Shown here: positions 27,679 through 36,725 of the stretch, piece after piece
Position numbering within the stretch: position 1 is the first letter of the stretch
Layout: each line of letters opens with the position of its first letter
Notes under the pieces: model-generated
The model's database searches: none
What the model saw: the letters and a program-made list of their open reading frames with translations, nothing else
Told to the model about the DNA's origin: nothing
Made by a program: the position numbers and the translations under genes
Assembly (NCBI GenBank): GCA_030594205.1
Contig: JAUVFR010000001.1
Coordinates: 71,870-135,869 of the forward strand
DNA length: 64,000 bases
Origin: Methanobacteriota archaeon
Lineage (GTDB): Archaea > Thermoplasmatota > Thermoplasmata > RBG-16-68-12 > JAJISG01
Reading direction: 5' to 3'

Positions 27679-27974
27679 AGTCGGTCACCTGAGGTGTCAT
27701 TCAAATCAGCTGAGGCCGGTTCCACGAGTTCTAGCCGGTTCCCGGTAGGGTCCCGGAAACGGGCCAATCGACCGCGGCCGCTGGCCACACCATAGGCCTC
27801 GATGCCGTGAGGAAAGGTGACACCCGCGGCGGGGAGCCGCTCCATGACGGACTCCAGGTTTGTCACCCGAAACCCCATGTCTCCGCTCGGACCCTTACCG
27901 GGCTCCTCGCAGAAGCCCCAAAGCGCCTCGACCCGCTCCTGGAAGTTCTCCAGGGCCTTGAAGGGGATGTTCAC
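27675..27974 (-). CDS. VOC/glyoxalase-family protein, short and probably N-terminally truncated
   Basis: RFRDPTGNRLELVE and FRVTNLESVMERLPAAGVTF match the C-terminal half of a glyoxalase/bleomycin-resistance fold. An in-frame TGA lies 13 codons upstream of the GTG start, so a full domain cannot be encoded. Confidence 0.45.
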   Translation of the reverse strand: MNIPFKALENFQERVEALWGFCEEPGKGPSGDMGFRVTNLESVMERLPAAGVTFPHGIEAYGVASGRGRLARFRDPTGNRLELVEPASADLNDTSGDRL

Positions 27975-28255
27975 TCCATCGGCGTGGCGGGCCCGCTGCG
28001 ACTCCCGTTCGGATCATTCATTTCCGCCGTCTACTATCCCCTGATATGGACAGGAATATCAGCGACTTAGCCTTTCCGATGGGACAAGAACCTCACGCCT
28101 TTTTCGGTGGGACAACATAGAAGGCGATCCCAGGATTTGGGTAAGCCAGAGCAGGCCGAAGCGCGCAGAAAGGGAATCAACCCATTCTATCCGATTCACT
28201 CCCCCGGCAATGCGCCGTCTTAACTCAGTGAGCGGTTCGGATACTGGGGTATCCC

Positions 28256-28276
28256 AATCCCAGCGGGCCCGTCCTA
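28256..28276. repeat. attR-like direct repeat (copy of tRNA-Arg 3' end)
   Basis: AATCCCAGCGGGCCCGTCCTA is identical to 24795..24815. The preceding CTGGGGTATCCC resembles a degenerate T-arm. Confidence 0.8.
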
Positions 28277-28304
28277 TCGGGAGCATACCTTTTTCTGGAG
28301 AACC

Positions 28305-29950
28305 GTGACTTCGACGCGGGGGAGTGGCACGAACCCAGGTACGGAGTTTTCTGATCTAGCCGAAACGATTCTCGACGGCGTCTTCGAGAGCGACCCTCGA
28401 CGGGCGGTGCAGCTGGGATTTCACGAGTACGACGGGCGGCTACCTGATGTGGAGCCCGGCCGCATTAAGGAACGTATCACACGCACTCGGGATCACCTCA
28501 CGCGACTCACGGCCCTTGGCGACCTATCGCCGGATTCGGACGCCGAGCGTGAAATGCTCGCCTCCATCCTCGAGGTCACCCTGTTTCAGCTTGAGGATCA
28601 GGCGATTCCGTTCCGGAATCCTGGTGTCTATGCCTTCATGTTGAGCCTGGTCCCTACCTGAGTCGTGAGTACGCCCCCCTCCCCGAGCGGTTCGAGGCGG
28701 TGCTGACCCATCTCAAGAACGTTCCTCGCTTTCTGGACCAAGCCGAGGCCAACTTGGAGGAGGCGCTCCCCATGCCCTTCGTGGAGTTGGGGGTCATCGC
28801 CTCGCAAGGCATCGTCACGAGCTTCCGCCGGAACATCCCGGAGGAGGCGGCGAAGGTGTCGCAGGAACTCCGGGACCGGGTCATGACACAGACCGAGAAG
28901 ACCATCGAACGAATCGAGGCCTTCCAGGGACGCCTGGAGAAGGAGTGGCGTCCCCGGGCGAATCAGGATTTCCCCCTCGGGCCCGACCGGTACCGGCGCA
29001 TGTTGTGGGCCCAGGAGCGAATCGACCTCCCTCTGGACGAGCTGGAGGCCATGGGCCAGGCGAATCTGGAGGAGAACAAGGAAGCCTTCCTGGAGACGGC
29101 GAAGCAGATCGACCCCAAGAAGACGCCGCAGGAGGTCATGGCCCTCGCCGAGGAGGACCACAGCACGGCAGATGCCCTCCTCCCCGAGACGGAGGAGATG
29201 CTCGAAGAACTCCGACAGTTCCTCCTTGACAAGGACATCATCACGATTCCCTCGGAGGTGCGCCCCATCGTGACCGAGACGCCCTACCACTTCCGCGCCT
29301 GGGCGACGGCGGCCATGAATTCCCCGGGCCCTTTCGAGGTGCAGGGAGACGAGGCTTACTACTACGTCACCCCCGTCGAGCCGGATTGGTCCGAAGAGAA
29401 GGCGGAGGAGTGGCTGCGATACATGAATCGACCGAGCCTCAAGAACATCAGCGTCCATGAATGCTATCCGGGGCACTACGTTCACATGCTCCATCGGAAG
29501 CTCCTCCCCTCGAAGATTGGCCGCATCTACACAGGCTACGCCTTCACGAAGGGGTGGGCCCACTACACGGAACAGATGGCCCTCGAAGAAGGGCTGGGGG
29601 AGGGGGATCCCCGCCTCCGCTTGCTGCAACTGCAGGATGCGCTCCTCCGCAACTGCCGGTATCTCTGTTCCATCGGCCTGCACACAAAAGGCAAGACCCT
29701 CGACGAGGCCACGGCGTTCATCATGGAGAACGCCTTCATGGAGCAGGGCCCCGCGGCGCGGGAGGCCTTCCGAGGAACCTTCGACCCCGGCTACCTCAAT
29801 TACACCCTGGGCAAGCTCTTCATCCTCCAGGTCCGGGAGAAGTTCTTTGCGGCCCACCCGGAGGCGACGCTGCGGGAGTTCCACGACAAGTTGCTGGCTG
29901 GGGGCGCCCCGCCGATTGGCCTCCTTGAGAAGCTGGTTTTGGCGGAATAG
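28305..29950 (+). pseudogene. DUF885-family protein (HExxH-containing, bacterial-type) interrupted by a frameshift near 28600-28700
   Basis: ORF 28305..28661 matches the DUF885 N-terminus (LGFHEYDGRLPDV...). ORF 28700..29950 carries the remainder, including HECYPGHY. The upstream frame-2 translation (…PYLSREYAPLPERFEAV) is continuous with the second ORF. A C7 homopolymer lies nearby. Confidence 0.7.
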
Positions 29951-30034
29951 ATGAACCCATGAGCCCCCGGCGATTCCCACCGAGGAAGCTTCAAGTATCG
30001 CCGGCCGCGTACATCAGACACCGAAGGTGACCCC

Positions 30035-31213
30035 TTGGACGGTCCTGTGATCCTGGGCGCCGTCCGAACGCCCGTGGGCAAGTACGGACGGGCCCTCCGC
30101 GACGTTCCCGCCACCCGCCTAGGCGCCCTCGCCATCGAGGAGGTCGTGCGGCGGACTCGTGTCGATCCGACGGACGTGGAGGAGGTCATCATGGGCAACG
30201 TTATCCAGGCGGGTCTAGGCCAGGCACCCGCCCGTCAGGCGTCTCTCCTCGCCGGCCTCCCGGAGATGGTGGGTGCCGTCACGATCAACAAGGTCTGCGC
30301 ATCGGGCCTCAAAGCCGTGACCCTGGCTGCCGATACCATCCGGACGGGGGACCAAGACCTCGTCGTCGCAGGGGGCATGGAAAACATGAGCGCGGCCCCG
30401 TATCTGCTGCCCAAGGCCCGTTGGGGCTACCGGCACGGCAACGCAGAGCTAGTGGACGCGATGGTCCACGACGGACTGTGGGATGTGTACAACAACTTCC
30501 ACATGGGCATCACCGGCGAAGTCGTGGCGGAGAAGTACGGGATTACGCGAGAGGAGCAGGACGCCTTCGCCTACGAGAGCCACATGCGGGCGCTGAGCGC
30601 GATCAAGCAAGGCCGATTCGAGGCGGAGATCGTCCCGGTTCCGCTCGAGAGACCGGAGGGAGAAGCCCTCTTCGAGGTGGACGAGGGGGTCCGACCGGAC
30701 ACCTCCCTCGAAAAACTCGCCCGCCTGCCTGCTGTCTTTCAGGAGGGGGGCTCGGTCACCGCGGGGAACTCCTCCCAGCTGAGCGACGGGGGCGCCGCCG
30801 TCGTGGTCGCCTCGGCGGATCGGGCTGACGAGATGGGCGCCAAGCCCCTGGCCCGCATCCTCGGGTACGCCACAGGCGGCGTCTCCCCGAGGAACGTCAT
30901 GGAAGCCCCCATTCCCACGGTCAACGCGCTGCTCCAGAAGCTGGAGCTGACCATCCACGACTTCGACCTCTTCGAGCACAACGAGGCCTACGCCGCCGCC
31001 TCCCTTGCCGTCGCCCGACAGCTCGAGATTCCCATGGACAGGCTGAACGTGAACGGCGGAGCCGTCGCCCTCGGTCACCCCTTGGGATGCACGGGGGCCC
31101 GCATCCTGACGACCCTCCTCCACGCCATGCAGGATCGCGGTGCCCGACGCGGTCTCGTGACCCTCTGTCTTGGTGGCGGGAACGCCGTGGCCGTCGCCGT
31201 CGAGACGACCTAG
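30035..31213 (+). CDS. Acetyl-CoA C-acetyltransferase (thiolase II)
   Basis: The catalytic Cys context (NKVCASGLKA) is present, with C-terminal GHPLGCTGARIL and CLGGGNAVAVAVE. Confidence 0.92.
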   Translation: MDGPVILGAVRTPVGKYGRALRDVPATRLGALAIEEVVRRTRVDPTDVEEVIMGNVIQAGLGQAPARQASLLAGLPEMVGAVTINKVCASGLKAVTLAADTIRTGDQDLVVAGGMENMSAAPYLLPKARWGYRHGNAELVDAMVHDGLWDVYNNFHMGITGEVVAEKYGITREEQDAFAYESHMRALSAIKQGRFEAEIVPVPLERPEGEALFEVDEGVRPDTSLEKLARLPAVFQEGGSVTAGNSSQLSDGGAAVVVASADRADEMGAKPLARILGYATGGVSPRNVMEAPIPTVNALLQKLELTIHDFDLFEHNEAYAAASLAVARQLEIPMDRLNVNGGAVALGHPLGCTGARILTTLLHAMQDRGARRGLVTLCLGGGNAVAVAVETT

Positions 31214-31281
31214 CGCCCCCGAACCACCCGGAAAGCCTTTTAGGTTCGAGCCTGTTTCTTCATGGTTTGACCGGTTCCCCC

Positions 31282-34200
31282 ATGCTCCACACCGTAACCA
31301 AGCAAGGCTCCAAGGCGGACATCCTCGACCTGATGGAGGATCTCGTCCGGCGCTGGTTCGACCACAAGTTCGAGACTTTGACGGAACCCCAGGCCTACGC
31401 GGTGCCCCTGATCCACGCGGGGGAAAACGTCATCGTCTCCTCGCCGACGGGCTCCGGGAAGACGCTGACGGCCTTCCTTTCCATCATCAACGAACTCTAC
31501 GCCATCCAGAAGAAAGGCGAGCTCGAGGACAAGATCTACTGCCTCTACGTCTCCCCCCTGAAGGCCCTGGCCAACGACATCAACCGAAACCTACGCGAAC
31601 CTCTGGCGGAAATGGAGGCCTTGGCGGACGAGGAGGGGCTCGAGTCACCTCAGATCCGGGTCGCCGTTCGGTCCGGGGACACGTCTTCCAGCGAACGGCA
31701 GAAGCAAGCCCGCCGCCCGCCGCACATCTTCATCACGACCCCCGAATCGCTGGCCATCATCCTCTCCACACCCGTCTTCCGCCGGAAGTTCCAGGACGTC
31801 CGCTGGGTCATCCTGGACGAGATCCACGAGATCTGCTCCAACAAGCGAGGGGCCCATCTGTCCCTCAGCCTCGAGCGGCTCGGGGAACAGGTCAACGCCC
31901 CCTTCCTCCGCATCGGCCTATCCGCGACCATCGCGCCCATGGAGGAGGTGGCCAAGTTCCTGGCGGGGTACGAGGACGGGCGCCTCCGTCCGATGAACGT
32001 CGTGGAGGTGGAGAGCCAGAAGCGGTTGGACATGCGCGTCCTCTGCCCGGTGCGGGACATGACGTCCCTTCCCTTCGAGGTCGTCAACGCCCGGATGTAC
32101 GACCAGCTGAAGGGGATGATCGACGACCACCGAACGACCCTCATCTTTACGAACACCCGCAGCGGGACGGAGCGGCTCTCTATCAAACTCAAGGACCGGG
32201 GGGTGGAGGACCTCGAGGCGCACCACGGGAGCCTGAGCAAGTCCGTACGCCTGGACGTGGAGGAACGCCTCAAGGCGGGCAAGCTGAACGCCGTCGTCTC
32301 CTCCACCTCCTTGGAGTTGGGCATCGACATCGGGTACATCGACCTCGTCGCCCAGGTGGGCTCGCCCAAGTCGACTGCCAAGGGGCTACAGCGGGTCGGG
32401 CGGGCGGGCCATGCCTACGGCAACGTGAGCGTCGGACGCCTCATCGTGTTCGAGAACGACGATTTGCTGGAGTGCGCCGCCCTCGTGCGAGCGGCCTACG
32501 AAAACAGCATCGATCGGGTGGACATCCCCACCAACTCGTTGGATGTCCTCGCCCAAACCCTCGTCGGCATGAGCCTCGAGCAGCGGTGGGAGATTGACGC
32601 GGCCTTCGCCTTGATCCGGCGATCCTACTGCTACCGCCGCCTCCCCCGGAAGGACTTCCTCTCCGTCCTCCGGTACCTCTCCAGCCGGAACCCCGACGTT
32701 TCCGTCTATGCGAAAATCTGGCTCGACGAGGAGGAGGGCCGGTTCGGGCGGAAGCGCGGGAGCCGCATGATCTACTTCACGAACGTGGGAACGATTCCGG
32801 AGGAGGGGAACTACCGGGTCATCACCCACCACGGGGTCACCATCGGGACCCTCTCCGAGAAGTTCGTGGAGCAGCTGACCCGGCACGACGTCTTCGTCCT
32901 CGGCGGACGAACCTATCGGTTCGAGCGGGTTCGGGGGATGAAGGCCTTCGTCAAGGACGCCTCGGGCCGCCGTCCCACTGTACCCTCCTGGACCGGGGAG
33001 ATGCTCCCACGGAGCTTTGACCTCTCCCTGCAGGTGGGCCGTCTCCGGCAAGAGACCCTCCGGCGTGTGGACGGGGAGGGAGAGGCCGCGGCCATGGCCT
33101 GGCTCGAGGAGACGTGCCGGGTGGACCACGGATCCGCCCGTAGCCTCGTGAATTACCTGCTCGAGCAGCGGGCCATGGTCCCCCAGTTGCCGACGGACGA
33201 AGCCGTGGTCCTGGAGGGCTACATCGACATCCGGGGGAACCGAAACATCGTCTTTCACTACTGCTTTGGCCGCCGGACCAACGATGCCCTCGCCCGGGCC
33301 TACGCTTTCGTAATCTCCAACGCCCTGGAGTGTAACGCCCGTGTCTCCGTCACCGACGACAACTTCATGGTCACGATCCCGAAGCGGGCGAACCTGGAGG
33401 AGATCGTCGGTCTCCTGAAGAGCCACGAGCTCGAGGACCTCTTGCGCCGGGCCCTCCGGAACACGGAACTCTTCAAGCAGCGCTTCCGCCACTGTGCCAC
33501 GCGGAGCTTCATGATCCTCCGAAACTACCGGGGCCATCAGGTCTCCGTCGGGCGGCAACAGATCCGCTCCCAACGGGTGCTGGACTGGCTCCACGAGCTG
33601 GAGGACTTCCCGGTCATTCAGGAGAGCTACAACGAGATTCTCAATGACGTCATGGACCTCCACCACGCCCGACAGGTCCTCCAGGGGATCGAGGAGGGTC
33701 GGATCCAGGTCCACCTGACCTCCTGGTCCAACGTCCCCTCCCCCCTCGCCCACAACGTGGTGTTGGCCGGCATCAGCGACATCGTCCTCATGGAGGACCG
33801 GAGCGCCATGCTTCGGGACCTGCACCGCAAGGTCCTCCGACGGGTCGTCCCCGAGGAGCAACTGCAGGAGGTCCAGTTCACGGAACAGCAGGTCCAGGCG
33901 TACTTCCGCCAGAAGGCTCCGCGGGTTGCTTCTCGCGAGGACATCCTCCCCCTCCTGGAGAAAACGGGCGCTCTCAATCTGCTCCAGCAGAAGGGTCGAA
34001 ACGTCTACGACCTGGCCGAGGCCGACCCCGAGACCGTCCGGGCGTGGTGTGAGGAGCTGGTCGAGGAGGGCAGGGTCGCCTCCGTGTGGACACCCAAGGG
34101 CGTTCTCTGGGTTTCCACCACGGATGTGCCCGCCTACGCCGCCGTGTACGCTCGACCGCGGCGGCCGCGAACCCGCGATCGCCGGGTTCTGGATCACCTC

Positions 34201-36681
34201 GAGGAAGGGGCCAAGACGGCGAAGGAACTCGGTCGGGAACTCGAGGCGCCCCGGGTCGAGGTGAACGACGCCCTCCGCCGCCTCGAGCGGGGCTACCGTT
34301 TGGCCCGGCGAGGGCTCGCGGAGCCGGCCTACGAACCCCGGGAGGTGGAGGCCGACCGGTTCGAGGAGGCGTTGGACCGCCTGGTGGTCCGCTTGCTTGA
34401 GTTCCAGGGGCCGATGACCCTCGAGGAACTCGCGTACGAACTCGATCTGAAGGGGGAGATGCTCCAGGAGGCGTTGAACGGCTTGGTGAACGAGGCCACC
34501 CTCGCCTCGGGGCACTTTGTGGTGGACGAGGCGTACCAATACCTGGTCGCCCAAGACCTCCGCCGACTCGAGGCTCGAGAACAAGCGCTCCCCACCTTCG
34601 AGGAGACGGCGGTCCGGTCGTATCTCCTGGCCAAGCATTTCGAACGCCTCGACTCCGTGGATGCCTACTTCGATCGCTTCCTGGAGGCGGGGATCCTCTT
34701 CGACGTCTTCCAACGGGTCGAGGGCTTCGACATGGAAGATTGGTACCGCCGGCGGGAGGCGGGGGAGATCCTGGAGGGCCGGTTCCTCCGTGGACGAGTG
34801 CGGTACGTGCGGCGGGAGGAGGCTTCCCTCTTCGCCTCGGCCTACCGGCGCCCGCCGCTCGGGCCGCTGGAGGAACGCGTACTGACGGCGGTTGCCCGGG
34901 AAAACGGCCTCGACCTCGACCAGGTTACCGAGGCGGTGGGAGCCGACCGGGGGCGCGTGAAGGAGGCGCTGCATGCGTTGGACCGGGGCCTTCACATCAT
35001 CCGCAAGTTCACCGGCAGCGACGCCTGGACGACGAAGAACATCTACGTGGCCTACGAACCGGCGGACGAGCTGCCTGACGCCCAGGAGGCCATTGTGCGG
35101 CGGTTCCTCCGGGCATACGGCCCCGTGAGTCCCGCCGGCGTCAAGGGTTACGCCGGGTTCGGGTACGCCGAGACGGAGGGGCTCGTGGAACGCCTTCTCG
35201 AAGAGGGGGTCGCCACGAAGATCCTCGTGCAGGGGGACGGCGATGTCGAGATGCTTCTCCTCACCGAGGAGCTGCCGGCGCTCCAGGAAGTCCCCGCGCG
35301 GGCGCCCTCTGACAGGTTGCGAATCCTCTCCCTCCAGGATCCGTGGATCCGGCCGATGTGGGCGGAGGTCAACAGTCGATACGGCGACGGCTGGTACTAT
35401 CCTGTGGTCAAGGACGGCAAGCTCGTGGGGATGGTGGAGAAGTGGCAGATGAGCGGGTGTCTCGAGGTCCGAGAGATCGAACTGGACGACCCGGGGCTGC
35501 TGCCGGAGCTCCTGGTCGCGGTGCAAGGGATGATGGGCTTCTACGCGCAACGAGGCTACGAGATCGTTCGGGTCGTGGGCGCCTTCGGGAAGTCAGTCCT
35601 AGATGCCGGAGTCTCCGAGGCCTTCGAGGAGGCGGGCTTCCATCCGACAAACGACTTCTTCGCCTGGGGGGAGATGATCCCCCAGCAGCACTCGTGGGAG
35701 GAGGTTCTCAGTTACGTCTTCTACCGCCAGGGCATCCATCCGGACCGACGATTCAAGGACGCCTTTGCGGCCATCGAGGCCCTGGGAGGCCTCCGGTCCG
35801 ACTTCGCCTCGCTCCTGCGGACCCGACGGTTCACCCCGCTGAAGGAACTCTTTGAGAAGGGCCTCGTGGCGAAGGGCGTGGCCATTCCCCCCTACGTCAC
35901 GTACTGTACGGAGGAAGACCTGGAGCTCTACCGCGCGGCCAAGTCCGTGCCGATGGAGGAGGACATGGAGGAGGTGTGGGAACTCATTCGGGAGGGCGAA
36001 CCCATCTCGAAGGGGCGCCTGGTCGCCCTTGCCCCATTCCCCGAGGCGGTGACGGAGCGCGCCTTGCAGAAACTGCATAGGGCCTCCCACGTGACCCGGG
36101 ATCCGCGCCACAGGTACCGTACCGTGGGCGATGCAGGGCTCGAGCCATTGGAGGCGAAGAAGGTCGTCCTCCGGAAGGTCTTCGAGGCCTACGGCATCTT
36201 CAGCGCCGAGAACCTGGGGGCCTACACGCGGGGCCACTTCCGCATGGGGGAGATTCGGCGGATTCTCCGGGAGCTGGAGCGGGAGGGCGTCTTGGTCAAG
36301 GGGTTCTTGATCGAGGGAGAACCGGCGGTGTATTGGATGCTGAATGACGGCCTCCTGGGGAAGACGCCCTACAAGGGCCAGTTCGTCCTTTCGCCTTGGG
36401 ACAACCTCTCTTTCTACCTCCGGGATTACCTCCATGAGCGATGGCGGATGGGGAGTTGCTACGCGGCCTTCGATGGCTCCCGGTCCGTCGCGGCCTTCAA
36501 GGCACGCAAGCGGGGCGACGAGCTCGTGATCACCGAGTACCAGGGGGACTCCGCGGCCCAGGAGCTTCTCCGCGCGTTCGCGTACCAGAACGACCTGGCT
36601 CTCCATGCCGAAGGGGAGGAGGCGGACGAGTGGGAGCTGATTCGCTGGTACGAGCGCATGTATGGAGGGGTACGGGAGTAG
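31282..36681 (+). CDS. lhr: Lhr-like ATP-dependent DNA helicase, long form (1799 aa; SF2 helicase core + Lhr domains + about 900-aa C-terminal extension)
   Basis: Walker A (SSPTGSGKT), DEIH, motif VI (QRVGRAGH) and Lhr-core conservation up to about residue 900 are present. A long C-terminal region contains winged-helix-like segments. The start is ATG 31282, because the track ORF start at 31087 overlaps the thiolase. Confidence 0.88.
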   Translation: MLHTVTKQGSKADILDLMEDLVRRWFDHKFETLTEPQAYAVPLIHAGENVIVSSPTGSGKTLTAFLSIINELYAIQKKGELEDKIYCLYVSPLKALANDINRNLREPLAEMEALADEEGLESPQIRVAVRSGDTSSSERQKQARRPPHIFITTPESLAIILSTPVFRRKFQDVRWVILDEIHEICSNKRGAHLSLSLERLGEQVNAPFLRIGLSATIAPMEEVAKFLAGYEDGRLRPMNVVEVESQKRLDMRVLCPVRDMTSLPFEVVNARMYDQLKGMIDDHRTTLIFTNTRSGTERLSIKLKDRGVEDLEAHHGSLSKSVRLDVEERLKAGKLNAVVSSTSLELGIDIGYIDLVAQVGSPKSTAKGLQRVGRAGHAYGNVSVGRLIVFENDDLLECAALVRAAYENSIDRVDIPTNSLDVLAQTLVGMSLEQRWEIDAAFALIRRSYCYRRLPRKDFLSVLRYLSSRNPDVSVYAKIWLDEEEGRFGRKRGSRMIYFTNVGTIPEEGNYRVITHHGVTIGTLSEKFVEQLTRHDVFVLGGRTYRFERVRGMKAFVKDASGRRPTVPSWTGEMLPRSFDLSLQVGRLRQETLRRVDGEGEAAAMAWLEETCRVDHGSARSLVNYLLEQRAMVPQLPTDEAVVLEGYIDIRGNRNIVFHYCFGRRTNDALARAYAFVISNALECNARVSVTDDNFMVTIPKRANLEEIVGLLKSHELEDLLRRALRNTELFKQRFRHCATRSFMILRNYRGHQVSVGRQQIRSQRVLDWLHELEDFPVIQESYNEILNDVMDLHHARQVLQGIEEGRIQVHLTSWSNVPSPLAHNVVLAGISDIVLMEDRSAMLRDLHRKVLRRVVPEEQLQEVQFTEQQVQAYFRQKAPRVASREDILPLLEKTGALNLLQQKGRNVYDLAEADPETVRAWCEELVEEGRVASVWTPKGVLWVSTTDVPAYAAVYARPRRPRTRDRRVLDHLEEGAKTAKELGRELEAPRVEVNDALRRLERGYRLARRGLAEPAYEPREVEADRFEEALDRLVVRLLEFQGPMTLEELAYELDLKGEMLQEALNGLVNEATLASGHFVVDEAYQYLVAQDLRRLEAREQALPTFEETAVRSYLLAKHFERLDSVDAYFDRFLEAGILFDVFQRVEGFDMEDWYRRREAGEILEGRFLRGRVRYVRREEASLFASAYRRPPLGPLEERVLTAVARENGLDLDQVTEAVGADRGRVKEALHALDRGLHIIRKFTGSDAWTTKNIYVAYEPADELPDAQEAIVRRFLRAYGPVSPAGVKGYAGFGYAETEGLVERLLEEGVATKILVQGDGDVEMLLLTEELPALQEVPARAPSDRLRILSLQDPWIRPMWAEVNSRYGDGWYYPVVKDGKLVGMVEKWQMSGCLEVREIELDDPGLLPELLVAVQGMMGFYAQRGYEIVRVVGAFGKSVLDAGVSEAFEEAGFHPTNDFFAWGEMIPQQHSWEEVLSYVFYRQGIHPDRRFKDAFAAIEALGGLRSDFASLLRTRRFTPLKELFEKGLVAKGVAIPPYVTYCTEEDLELYRAAKSVPMEEDMEEVWELIREGEPISKGRLVALAPFPEAVTERALQKLHRASHVTRDPRHRYRTVGDAGLEPLEAKKVVLRKVFEAYGIFSAENLGAYTRGHFRMGEIRRILRELEREGVLVKGFLIEGEPAVYWMLNDGLLGKTPYKGQFVLSPWDNLSFYLRDYLHERWRMGSCYAAFDGSRSVAAFKARKRGDELVITEYQGDSAAQELLRAFAYQNDLALHAEGEEADEWELIRWYERMYGGVRE

Positions 36682-36725
36682 GCCGCGACTCCAGCCGAGC
36701 CTTGGAAACCTGAAATAGCTAGGCA

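Larger units (their letters stand above)
24811..28276. mobile_element. Low-GC genomic island (about 3.5 kb) inserted at the 3' end of tRNA-Arg, flanked by 21-bp direct repeats. No integrase is present (decayed or cargo-only integrated element).
   Basis: A sharp GC drop (about 45-55% versus about 65% in the flanks). A perfect 21-bp direct repeat duplicates the tRNA 3' end at the distal boundary, with partial degenerate T-arm similarity extending about 10 nt further. The cargo genes all lie on the minus strand. Confidence 0.55.

Noticed and set aside
24811-28276. An integrase or recombinase inside the tRNA-associated island
   Set aside because: All four ORFs in the island were checked. They are a VOC fragment, an FAD oxidase, a small TM protein and an alpha/beta hydrolase. 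None shows tyrosine-recombinase (R…HxxR…Y) or serine-recombinase motifs. The island is therefore called a remnant.
31087-31281. Lhr start at 31087, overlapping the thiolase by 127 nt
   Set aside because: The upstream 65 codons are low-complexity and overlap the thiolase C-terminus. ATG 31282 begins the conserved helicase N-terminus.
32386-35550. 1054-aa ORF on the minus strand inside lhr (and a similar 928-aa ORF at 54444..57230 antisense to polB)
   Set aside because: Long antisense ORFs are expected at about 65% GC. Their translations are low-complexity (Arg/Gly/Pro-rich) with no motifs, whereas the sense strands carry unambiguous helicase and polymerase motifs.
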